Part shown: positions 21,405 through 31,326 of the stretch, in pieces
How positions within the stretch are numbered: position 1 is the stretch's first letter
How the letters are laid out: each line of letters begins with the position of its first letter
NCBI RefSeq assembly: GCF_000142905.1
Contig: NW_013657642.1
Span: 131,851 to 195,850, forward strand
Reading direction: 5' to 3'
DNA from: Thecamonas trahens ATCC 50062
Taxonomy: Eukaryota > Protista > Apusomonadida
Length of the DNA stretch: 64,000 nucleotides
Made by a program: the position numbers and the translations under genes
Notes under the pieces: generated by a model
The model's input: the letters and a program-made list of their open reading frames with translations, nothing else
What the model was told of the DNA's origin: nothing
Database searches by the model: none

Positions 21405-24074
21405 ATGATTGTTCCTGCTGGACTGTATTACACTGACCCGTCGACCAACAGACGGACGGCACTTCCGCTGACGGCGGCTTCGGTGGCGGCTACCATTGCC
21501 GACGGCTGCGCTCGTGTCGCCCTCACCCAGTCGTTTACCAACGTGACCGAGGCGACGCTCAGCACAAAGTACATGCTGCCGATGGACGAGGGCGCGGCGG
21601 TGATCAGCTTTGAGGCCAACTGCAACGGGCGGATCATCAAGGCCCGCGTTGAGGAGTCTGGCGCCGCCAAGGCCGAGTACGACTCGGCGGTGGCCCGCGG
21701 CGACGGCGCGTACCTCCTCGACTCGGTCTCGTCCGAGCACTTTGTCATCGCCATCGGCAACGTCCAGCCGGGCGCCGAGGTGGCGATCACCACCACGTAC
21801 GTGGCCAACCTGCGGACTCGCGGTGACGTCTATTCGTTTGTTGTCCCTAACCGGCTCGCGCCCAAGTACGGCGCCTCGCTCGCGCCTCAAGCCAAGCACC
21901 TCGACGCCGCCATCCCGCTTGATCTTGTCGTCCAGTGGACGATGAGCCCCGGACTCGCCGAGATGGACTCGCCCTCACACCCGGACGTTGTCGACTCGGT
22001 CGTAGTCTCGGACGACGGAACCGGTGCGTCGCTCACCGTCCGCCTCGCCACGCTCGACGTCGACTTTGTTCTCAACGCCGTCGCCGTCACCCCGCCCGGC
22101 CCGGTCCTCCTTGTTGAGAACCGAAGCCTGCCTTCGGGAGTGACGACCCAGGCCGCCATGGTCTCTTTCACGCCTCAACTTGAGGCACCGGACGAGCGCG
22201 CTGAGCTCGTCTTTGTCATCGACCGCTCCGGTTCGATGGGCGGCTCCAAGATCGAGCACGCCCGCAAGGCCCTCCAGCTCTTCCTCCGCTCGCTCCCGGA
22301 GGACTGCTACTTCAACATTGTCGGCTTTGGCTCGCGGACCGACTTCTGCTTCCCGCGCGGGAGGGCTGTCCCCTACAACGACGAGACGCTCGAGGTCGCC
22401 ACCGCACACATTGCGGGCATGGGCGCCGACCTCGGCGGGACTGAGCTCCTCTCGCCGCTCCGCACCATCTTTGCTACGCCGGCCATGAAGGGTTTCAACC
22501 GCCAGGTCTTTGTCCTCACCGATGGCCAGGTCTCCAACACCAACGAGGTCATCCGAGCCATCGCCACCGCACTCGACGCCGCGTCGGCGCCGACCCGTGT
22601 CTTCACTCTCGGCCTTGGCAACGGCGCGTCGCGCGCGCTCGTCAACGGCATGGCTCGCGCCGGCAACGGCACCGCCTACTTTATCGACGACGACGCGTCG
22701 TCCGTCCTCACTGCCACCGTCGTCCGTCAACTCAAGCAGGCGCTCCAGCCGCAGCTCGCGGGCCTCACGCTCGAGTGGACCTCAACCGACGGCACCGTCG
22801 CGAAGACCAACGTCGCTGCCGACGGCGCCTCGTCGTCGGCCTCGTCGGGCGGTCTCGCCGGCATCGCCTCATCTGCCGTCGCCACTGCCACCTCGACCGT
22901 CCGCAAGGTCCTGCGCGTCGCGTCGCGGTCCAAAGCGCCAGCGCCAGCTGCCGCGTCGTCGGAGTCCAACTCGGTCCCGCCCTCGGCCGTCGTCCAGGCT
23001 CCGTACCGGGCGCCGCCTATCTTTAACGGCGATCGCTTTGTCGCTTTTGCCTTTTTCAAGCCCTCCTTTGGCTCGCTCGCCCGGCTTCGCCTCTACGACG
23101 CGTCTGGCAAGGTCGACTTTGCCGTCGCCCTCGAGACGCTCCCTACCATCGAAGGCGAGACTGTCCACGCCCTTGCCGCGCGCGCCCTCATCCGCGACCT
23201 CGAGGAGGGCTCATCGTACATGCACGCCACCGGCGCCAACACCGCCGCTATCGACGCCGAAATTGTCCGCCTCGGCACCGCCTTTAGCCTCGCCTCGACC
23301 AAGACCTCGTTTGTCGCGGTTGAGATCCGCTCCGACGTCGAGCGCGAGGAGGTGATTGGCCACGCCGGGAGCCACGTCCCGCCGCCACCACCGCCGGCGG
23401 CGCGCATCCCCTCATCCATGCGGTTCAAGTCGGCCAAGCGCAAGAAGGGGCGCGCTGGTGGTGCAATGCGCCGCTCCCGCATGGCGGCTCCGGCCCCGGC
23501 CCGCCGCGGCCCGGCCCCGCCGCCGGCTCAACGCTCGCTCGCACGCTCGGCAGGAGCGCCGCCGATGGCTGAAAAAGCGTTCGCGGCCTCGGCCATGAGC
23601 GCGCCAGTCGCTCGCGCCGAAAACGAGCTCTTCTTTGACGCCGATGTCATCGACGATTGTGAGGTGAAGGCGGACTTTGCCTCGGATTTGTCCGAAGACG
23701 AAGACGACGAGCTTTGCGCCCACTCATCGAGCTCTGCCTCCGGTAGCATTGCGGCGTCTGCGCCTGTGGTCAACTACGAGGCACTCGCCCTCGACCTGGC
23801 TATGCTCCAGTCGACCAAGGGCATGTTCAAGGCGACGGCGCTGGCGCATCTCCCGGCCGGCAAGACGGCCAAGCCCGACACGGTCACCGCATCCGACGAC
23901 GTGTGGACAACCGCCCTTGTTCTCGCCTTCTTTGCCACCCCGCCGTTCCGCGCCTACGACGACCAGATCGAGCTCGTTGTCGCCAAGGCCCGCAAGTGGC
24001 TCACCGCCGAGCTTGCCGACACCACTGCTGTCGACGCCATCATTGCCGCCGCCACCACTGTCCTTGCCGCGTGA
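21405..24074 (+). CDS. VIT + von Willebrand factor A domain protein (VWA5A-like)
   Basis: VIT (ARVALTQSFTN...YMLPMDEGAAVISFEA...IGNVQPG), vWA MIDAS FVIDRSGSMGG, FNIVGFGS, DLGGTELL, VFVLTDG and FTLGLG. Confidence 0.93.
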   Translation: MIVPAGLYYTDPSTNRRTALPLTAASVAATIADGCARVALTQSFTNVTEATLSTKYMLPMDEGAAVISFEANCNGRIIKARVEESGAAKAEYDSAVARGDGAYLLDSVSSEHFVIAIGNVQPGAEVAITTTYVANLRTRGDVYSFVVPNRLAPKYGASLAPQAKHLDAAIPLDLVVQWTMSPGLAEMDSPSHPDVVDSVVVSDDGTGASLTVRLATLDVDFVLNAVAVTPPGPVLLVENRSLPSGVTTQAAMVSFTPQLEAPDERAELVFVIDRSGSMGGSKIEHARKALQLFLRSLPEDCYFNIVGFGSRTDFCFPRGRAVPYNDETLEVATAHIAGMGADLGGTELLSPLRTIFATPAMKGFNRQVFVLTDGQVSNTNEVIRAIATALDAASAPTRVFTLGLGNGASRALVNGMARAGNGTAYFIDDDASSVLTATVVRQLKQALQPQLAGLTLEWTSTDGTVAKTNVAADGASSSASSGGLAGIASSAVATATSTVRKVLRVASRSKAPAPAAASSESNSVPPSAVVQAPYRAPPIFNGDRFVAFAFFKPSFGSLARLRLYDASGKVDFAVALETLPTIEGETVHALAARALIRDLEEGSSYMHATGANTAAIDAEIVRLGTAFSLASTKTSFVAVEIRSDVEREEVIGHAGSHVPPPPPPAARIPSSMRFKSAKRKKGRAGGAMRRSRMAAPAPARRGPAPPPAQRSLARSAGAPPMAEKAFAASAMSAPVARAENELFFDADVIDDCEVKADFASDLSEDEDDELCAHSSSSASGSIAASAPVVNYEALALDLAMLQSTKGMFKATALAHLPAGKTAKPDTVTASDDVWTTALVLAFFATPPFRAYDDQIELVVAKARKWLTAELADTTAVDAIIAAATTVLAA

Positions 24075-24281
24075 TGACACCAATCCCCCCCCCTCCTCAA
24101 ATCAACTTCCATACACCCGCACTTGCTTTCGCCATCGGCCTTGCTCCAGTCAGCACAACTGCAGCGCATCAATCCGACGAGTAGCCGGTCGAAGGCGGTC
24201 GACGACGGTCGAAGGTGCGGCACGCGGCCGACTCACTCGACTCGAGACAGGCGGGCGACGCGCGGCCATAGTGACAACGAC

Positions 24282-26264
24282 ATGATCCAGTCCCCCAACA
24301 TGGGGCGGACGGCCAAGGCCATGCGACTGCGGTTCCCGTGCCACACCCACATGAACGAGTCTGAGTGGTGGGCCTGGCACTCACCAGCGGTGCTGACGGC
24401 GGCGGCGACGGTGTCGCCCGACGAGATCGCCTTTCGGGCCGAGGAGGCCATCGGTGCCACGCCGCCGCTGACGCCCGATGCGGGCATCGCCGACATCAAT
24501 GCCCTGCCGCAAACGTGTCTGGAGCAGGCGCGAGTGTATGTCCGCTGCGAGGAGACGCAGGCGTTCGACAGCGAGGCCGTGAGCTATGCAGAGATGATCG
24601 CCGACACTGTGCAGTCGGTCGGCGGCTCGGGCATCGATCGCAGCCTCACCTTTTCGCTCGCTGACAATCTGGCTGATCACATGCCGCTGACGCTCACCGA
24701 CGCGCGGCTGGCGATCCCGCTCTCGGCTGCCGACATCGAGGACGTGCTGCTCCCAATGTGCGACGCCTCGGTGGTGGCCGACTTTAGCGGTGCCGGGCCA
24801 TCAACGGTCGACAGGTCGGTGCGGTCGTCGCGGACGCTGCCGGCGGCGCAGTGGGCGACGGCACCTGCGCTCAGCGGCTTTGACTTTCCCGCTCTCCGCG
24901 AGCTTGTCCGCAGCCAGATCGTCAGCCTCTCGCCGGCCATCCGGATTGAGCCTTACAAGCTGCTGGTGTACTCACCAGGTGACTTTTTCGCGCCGCACGT
25001 CGACAGCCAGTACTCGCTGGATGTGGTAGCCACAATCTCAGTGGCGGTCCCTGTCAAGGGCGAGCGGATCGGCGGCGGGGTGATTGTCTTTGGGGACAGC
25101 GATCCGAAGGTGTTGTGGCCGTCGATGGTGGCGAATCCGAGCCGCTTCGCAACGGCGGCAAGCTGCTCGCGATACGGCGGAGGCCTCCATTTGTGCGACG
25201 AACCGTGGGACGCGATGGCGTGGCCGTCAAACGAGCTGCACGCGGTCCTGCCGGTGGTGAGTGGGTACATGGTCAAGCTGACGTATCTGGTCAAGCGCGA
25301 TGCGACCATGCTCTCGCCTCCGTCCATGGCGGAGCATGCGCTTGCCTTTCGGACCGGGATGGACGGGCTAGTGCGAATGATGCGGTCTCCGTCGGGGTAT
25401 GCTAGCGCGATGCAAGCGGCTGTGTCTAAGCTCGACCGCGCGCTGGTCCACAAGTACGTGGCTGAGACGGCTGAAGCGTGGAACAACGCGTTTGTGGGAG
25501 ATGCCTATTCGGTCTCCGACTTTGAAGTAGACGACATTGTCAACATGGGCTTCACTCAGGCGCACGGTGCGCTGATCTCTCGGGCGCCGCCGATTCTGTC
25601 TGCTGATGTCGGGCCGCGGCCAAGGCCGCGGGCGATTCTCTTTCTCCTGCAGAACATGTACTCGGCCGCGGCTCTCAAAGTCCGGCCGATGCCGCATCTG
25701 CGCGGCCGAGACGCAGTTCTCTGGGCCGAACTTGTGGGGCTCGGTCACACGCCGCGGCCGGTGGTGGTGGGCCAACTCGAGATGATGGACTGCTACCGGC
25801 ACGAGAACGAGTGGTCCTCGGCCAAGTTTCAGCATCCGGATCTGTTTGTCGGCTCGGTAGCATCATGTGTGAAGCGCGATGTGTTCACGTCGGGCGCGGT
25901 ACTCGACGCGGTGGTGACGCCCGAGGTGGTGGTCATCGATCTGGCGCCGGTGGCGGAGAGAATCACAAGCGTGATGGAGCCCTCACAGGGGCACTCGGGC
26001 CGCTTCGAGCACAAGACATGCTACGGCAACGGCGACTGCGCCAACGAGCTCTACTACCGCTACGCCGGCCTCGCGGTGAGCGTAGACGACTGGGCGGCGC
26101 GGCGGATGGTGATGCTGGTGTCGTATGTGGCTGATAGTGGCGCCGATGTGGCCGACGATCCCGGGTGGCACATAGTTGCACCTCAGCCGCCTCGGTTCAA
26201 CCTGCTGTACCGGCTGCGGACCGATTGCTTTGACGTTTTCTACGACATTGTACGGAGCCTGTGA
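24282..26264 (+). CDS. 2OG-Fe(II) oxygenase superfamily protein (prolyl-hydroxylase-like fold)
   Basis: EPYKLLVYSPGDFFAPHVDS (HxD), GGGVIVF and ELHAVLPVVSGYMVKLTY; start uncertain (24282, 24300 or 24351). Confidence 0.78.
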   Translation: MIQSPNMGRTAKAMRLRFPCHTHMNESEWWAWHSPAVLTAAATVSPDEIAFRAEEAIGATPPLTPDAGIADINALPQTCLEQARVYVRCEETQAFDSEAVSYAEMIADTVQSVGGSGIDRSLTFSLADNLADHMPLTLTDARLAIPLSAADIEDVLLPMCDASVVADFSGAGPSTVDRSVRSSRTLPAAQWATAPALSGFDFPALRELVRSQIVSLSPAIRIEPYKLLVYSPGDFFAPHVDSQYSLDVVATISVAVPVKGERIGGGVIVFGDSDPKVLWPSMVANPSRFATAASCSRYGGGLHLCDEPWDAMAWPSNELHAVLPVVSGYMVKLTYLVKRDATMLSPPSMAEHALAFRTGMDGLVRMMRSPSGYASAMQAAVSKLDRALVHKYVAETAEAWNNAFVGDAYSVSDFEVDDIVNMGFTQAHGALISRAPPILSADVGPRPRPRAILFLLQNMYSAAALKVRPMPHLRGRDAVLWAELVGLGHTPRPVVVGQLEMMDCYRHENEWSSAKFQHPDLFVGSVASCVKRDVFTSGAVLDAVVTPEVVVIDLAPVAERITSVMEPSQGHSGRFEHKTCYGNGDCANELYYRYAGLAVSVDDWAARRMVMLVSYVADSGADVADDPGWHIVAPQPPRFNLLYRLRTDCFDVFYDIVRSL

Positions 26265-26450
26265 TGGCAAGCGCGTGCCAGCGTGTGCGAGAAGCGATAC
26301 AATTTAACGGGTCCACACGTACACGTCAGGGATCAGCATCGTCAGCATCATGAAGGGAGGGGGTCTGACCGGGTGGTGAGGCGTCGATGGCCAGCACCGC
26401 GCGGGCTTGTCGGCCGGCGAGCTGGAAGAGAAGCAGATCAGAGTGTCAAT

Positions 26451-27416
26451 CTACTCATCGTCGTCATCGTCGTCATCGTCCGAGTCCGAGTCCGAGTCAT
26501 CGTCCTCGGCCCAAGAGGCCTCAACGGTCTCGCGGACCTTCCGGTTGTACTCGCGGCGGTTCTCGTTGAACAGCTGAGCTGCCTCTGCATTCGCCGGCGA
26601 CGACGGGTTGGGATCGGAAAGAAGCGACTGGATGGAGGTGAGGATGGCGGCGACGTCGTAGATGGGCGACCAGGCGTTGCCGAGGATGTCGAGGCAGATG
26701 GAGCCGTCCGAGTACACGTTGGGGTGGTAGATCTTGGTGACAAAGACGACCTTGGGCGCCTCATTGGGGTAGTTCTCCGAGAACGTCATCGACAGCCGGA
26801 ACGTTCCGCCCTCCCACGGCGTCTCTTCCGGTCCAAAGATAACCGCGTCCCAGGTCATGATGTTGTCATCGTGCGGCGCGCCCGAAATGCCCTCGGGCGG
26901 GTCCTGCTGCAGCCGCTTGAAGTCACGCATGAGGCGCCGCCGCGCCGACGTCGACTGTCCCGTCCCCCCCCCCCCCCCCCCCAAACACACAACCATACAC
27001 ACACACAAGCTCATTCACCGTAAGTATGCCTGTGCTACCACTGCCCTGCCCCACTGCTCGCCTGCCCCTGTCTGCCCCGCCTGCTCCGCCTCCCTCAAGC
27101 GACCTTCGCAAGTGTTCTTCTGGAAGGTTGGCGACAGAAAAACAGAGGCATTGCGAGGGGGCAGGGGGGGGGGGGGGGGGGTAGGGGGGGTGGCGAGGGA
27201 GCCAATGTGGCGATCGATCGGGATGGGGGGAATGGGGATGGTGAAGGATAAGGGGATAGAGGATCAGGCAAGAAGGGGGAGGGGGAGGGAGGATGTTTGT
27301 CATCGTGGTCGTGGTGGTCAACGTGGTCGTGGCCGTGACAGTGACCGTGATCACGATCAATCGGGTCGTGGGGGAGGGGGGGGGGGGGGGGGGACTACGG
27401 GGGAGACAGACACCAT
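26451..27416 (-). CDS. UBC2: Ubiquitin-conjugating enzyme E2, RAD6/UBC2; main exon 26954-26451, start codon probably on a separate upstream exon
   Basis: [66 protein letters not shown] and an acidic tail. An ACAG acceptor precedes STSARRR; the ATG|GT at 27416-27412 is a tentative exon 1. Confidence 0.95.
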
Positions 27417-27631
27417 CGATCATGAAGGCTAAGGATTGTAGGGAAGGGTGTCGGTGGGAGTATTGCCCCCCGTTGCGGGTCCGATCCTGCGCAGCGTCCT
27501 ACCGGGCCGAGGCATCGGCTTGCGAGCAGAGCTGAAGTAACTGCGACTTGGCACCGGCTGGCGGCAGGGGCCCCGAGCCCCAGCCAAGGGCAAGGCGACC
27601 GGCCAGCCACCACACTCCAGTCGATACATAC

Positions 27632-28249
27632 ATGGCGGAACGGAGCAGTGCGCGTGCACGGTCGCGGTCGCGGTCGCGGGAACGAGACGAGGGGCCGAGC
27701 GGAGGCACGGGCGCAGCGGCGAGCACAGCAGCGGGCGAGGCCGACTACCTGCGGGTGCTGCAAGAGTACAAGAAGCAGCGCAAGGCAGGGAACAAGGAGA
27801 GTGCGGATGCGGCAGGGAGTGGTGGCGGGCGGGATCGGGCGGTGCGGAGCGGGCAGACGGGCGCGAATGGTGACGCAGGCGCAGGCGCAGGAAGCGGATC
27901 GGGCGCGGATGCGGGTGCAGCCGGCACATTGGGCGCGAAGGGCGCGGCGGAAAAGAGCTCGTCCGCGGCAGCAGCTGGCGCTGATGATGCCGCTGCTGCG
28001 CAGGAGAGACTGATGGCGATGATGGGTCTCCCGGTTGGCTTTGGATCGACCCGCGGCAAGCAGGTTGCCGGCAACATCGGTACCGTTGTCCGTAAGCAGA
28101 AGCGCCGCAAGATCACCCAAGTCGTCAACCGCGACGACCGCAGGCCCGAGTACCTCGCCGCCAAAAAGGCCGCCAAGGAGGCAGCCCGCAATGCCGCCAT
28201 CGCCCAGGCCCACGCCGGCCCCTACGCCGGCCCGCGCCCGCGATCATGA
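27632..28249 (+). CDS. SNRNP27: U4/U6.U5 snRNP 27 kDa protein-like
   Basis: N-terminal RS dipeptides, then [22 protein letters not shown] and [13 protein letters not shown] (DUF1777-type motif). Confidence 0.82.
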   Translation: MAERSSARARSRSRSRERDEGPSGGTGAAASTAAGEADYLRVLQEYKKQRKAGNKESADAAGSGGGRDRAVRSGQTGANGDAGAGAGSGSGADAGAAGTLGAKGAAEKSSSAAAAGADDAAAAQERLMAMMGLPVGFGSTRGKQVAGNIGTVVRKQKRRKITQVVNRDDRRPEYLAAKKAAKEAARNAAIAQAHAGPYAGPRPRS

Positions 28250-28545
28250 CCCCCTCCCCCCGCCCCCTTCCCGCTCACGGCCGAGAATAAGCAGCAGATG
28301 GAGCTAAAGATAGAGGTGAGACAAAAACGGCAAGGTCGTCGAGGGTGATAAGCAGCCTGTACACGCTCATCCCTCTCATCAACAAGGTGAAGCCATCAAG
28401 AGGTGGGAGCAGGGAGGCGGCGAGTGGTGTCAGTTGGCGCAGTCGGTCACCTCGCCCCGCCAGCCAGCCAAGCCCGCGACTGAGACGACCGGCACCGCCA
28501 GACACAGCCCACGTCATCACACCTCTCTCACACACACCAACCCTC

Positions 28546-29999
28546 ATGGCGGTGCATGTGTACGGGTGGGGCCGTGGCGGAGCCGGGTGGGGCCGTGGGC
28601 ATGGGAGCGGGCCTGGCGGGGAGGGCAGGGCCGACGCGCTGTACCCGCGGCGGCAGAAGAGGCTGGAGGTGGACGCGGCTATCCTGGAGGTGGGCCTGGG
28701 CGACGAGTATGTGGCTGTGCTCACGGCTGATGGCGAGGTGTACACCATGGGCGAGGGGAGGGACGGCCAGCTGGGCCACGGCGCAGACCGCACGGTGCTG
28801 GACGAGTTTGTTCGCGTCGACGCCCTCGCGGGCTTCTACGCCAACCGCCCGCCCATCGTCATCGTCCACCTCGCTGTCGGCCGCCGCCACGTCTTGGCAG
28901 TGGCCCGCGACGGCGCGCTCTACTCGTGGGGCTGCGGAAGCAGGGCCCAGCTTGGCCACGGCGCCTTGCGCAACGAGTACGAGCCGCGGCAGATCGGGAA
29001 GCTCGCGGCCACAACCATTGTCCGCGCCTGGGTCCAAGATGAGGCCTCGTACGCGCTCGACGCATGCGGCGGACTCTATGCCTGGGGCTACGCGCCGGAC
29101 GGCCGTTTGGGTGTCCACGCCGCGCCGGGCAACGGTGGTGATCTTCCACCGCAGGCCCAGCTCGTCCTTGTCCCGGCCTTTGTTCCGGCCACAATGGCGA
29201 TGCCGCTGGTGGCGCTCGACGTCGGCGACGACCACGCGGCTGGCATTGCAGCCGACGGCACGCTGCTTGTTTGGGGAGCAACGCATGCGGCCAGCTCGGG
29301 ACCGGAAACCGCGAGCGGTGTTTCACGCCGACGGCCATTGCCTTTCCGCCGACGGCGCCGCCAACGACCCGCCGCGCGCCGGAGATGCCGGCCATCTCGA
29401 TCACCATGGTGGTGGAAGAGAGCGACGACCCGGTTGGATCGGCAGCCGACTCGTCGGTGGTGGTCGACGCGGACGATGCACCGACTGCCGCAGCACCTCC
29501 ACCGTCGGCCGACGAGGCGGACAGCGGAAGCGCGCGCGACAAAGACGCGGACGCGGACCAACTCGCCCGCCCAGTCGATGTTGCAGCCGGCTCGAGCTTT
29601 ACTCTCGTCCTCGACTCAGGCGGGCGTGTGTACAGCACTGGGCTCAATTCGCACGGACAGCTCGGACTCGGCAAGCCGCACGCCAAAGACGCCAGCATCG
29701 CCGGCCTGGCCCACATCCCAAAGCTTGTGGGTGTGGCCTCTATCCACGCTGCAGGGCTTTCTGCCGCGGCGATTCTCGACGACGGCGTGCTAGTCACCTG
29801 GGGCTACGGGCGCGACGGGCGGCTCGGGGTGGGCCTCCGGGCATCGCTGGCGCTCCCAACGCAGGTGGCTGCGCTTGCGGGCAAGCACGTGGTTCACGTC
29901 AACATGGGCGGCGGGCGGATGGCGGCGCTGGTCCTCGCCGAAGACACGACCGAGGTGACGGATCCGGTGACTGCGTGCCGGACAACGCTCACATTCTGA
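28546..29999 (+). CDS. RCC1-repeat beta-propeller protein; apparent frameshift in the G-run at ~29273-29276
   Basis: Repeats VYTMGEGRDGQLGHG, LYSWGCGSRAQLGHG, LYAWGYAPDGRLG, VWG(S)NACGQLG, VYSTGLNSHGQLG and VTWGYGRDGRLG across two frames. Confidence 0.9.
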
Positions 30000-30141
30000 C
30001 GAAAGAGTAAAGAGACCAAACTACGCGTGTGTGATGTGTGATGTGTGTACGGATGATGCGAGGGGTGCAGAGGGCAACGGCCGAATGATTCGCCAGCAGT
30101 GGCGCCAGCAGTGGCGCTGGGAGGGCGAGCAAGGCGACGAG

Positions 30142-30749
30142 TTAGAGCTCGACGCGGCGGATGAGCAGGTAGATGTTGTTGTCGACGGTGAGGCCCTCCA
30201 TGTGGCGCTGGTCGCCCTTGAGCTCCATGAGCAGACCACCAAAAGAAGCGTAGACCTTGACCGAGGTAGCACGCGACTCGGTCTTGTACGAGTAGACCAG
30301 GCCGTGCATGGCGTACTCGTAGTGGTCGAGCAGCGAGCCCTGGCCCTGGTTCTCGGCCCAATCGCCGGTCTCGGGCTGGCCGTCCATGCGGAGCGAGGGA
30401 GCGAGCGCCATGCGGAACTTGTCGCCCTCCTCCAGCGGGAACAGCTCGGTGTTGACATCCAGCAGCATATCCATCTCGTACTCCTCAGACGTGCACTGGA
30501 TCCGGGACACTGTGCGGCGTAACGTCGTGAGTCGCCGTACAACCACATTGGGCCAACTCTTCCCACTCGCTCTCTCTCTCTCCCCACACACACACTCTCT
30601 CTCATGACAAAGCCGAATGCTATGGTCCGTATCGTCATGCGATGGCATGCTCTCCCCGCCCGTGTTGCTGTCCCATGGCATGCTCTCCACCCCCCCCCCC
30701 ACCCCACACACACACCCATGTCGCCGTCCCATCCCACCGCCAACCCCCA

Positions 30750-30811
<62 letters not shown>

Positions 30812-30904
30812 ACACACACACAACAGGTACATACCCTTCTCGAACTTCTTCCCCTCAGGATTAACGCTCTTCACGTCAAACAGGTCCTCGAACACAGTCG
30901 CCAT
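30142..30904 (-). CDS. RPB8: RNA polymerases I/II/III shared subunit RPABC3; exon1 30904-30835, intron 30834-30510, exon2 30509-30142
   Basis: MATVFEDLFDVKSVNPEGKKFEK|VSRI, LDVNTELFPL, YEYAMHGLVY and YASFGGLLM; GTATGT...CACAG intron. Confidence 0.97.
30748..30822. repeat. (CA)n microsatellite in the RPB8 intron
   Basis: Directly visible. Confidence 0.97.
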
Positions 30905-31326
30905 GGTTGCCGGACAGAGGGAGAGGTGGTGGTGGTGAGCCACGGGTGGTGAGCCACGGGTGGTGGCCCGACGACTGATGGCCTGACGGGTAGCCAGCCA
31001 GCCGACCACTGACCCAACGGGTGATGGCCTGGCAGGTGGCCAGCCAGCCGACCACTGGCCGACTGTGGTGGTCCATCACTCGGCCTGAACCAGCGAAGCA
31101 GGCAGCAGAGAGAGCAACCACAGATGCAGGCAGCGATAGCAACCGACCGATCGTGCAAAAGGAGATCACACAGTGGCATACCGATCACACTTGATCCATC
31201 CATGTCACACATACCAACCCCCCAACCCCCCCCTCCCCTCCCCCCCCTTCTCATGGCTCAGACCATGCTCATACACCGGCAGCCACTCCACTCACCCTCC
31301 CCACCCCGCCCACCCTCCCATCCCCC

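Noticed and set aside
30604-30952. HT/VC dipeptide-repeat ORFs
   Set aside because: Translations of the intronic (CA)n microsatellite of RPB8.
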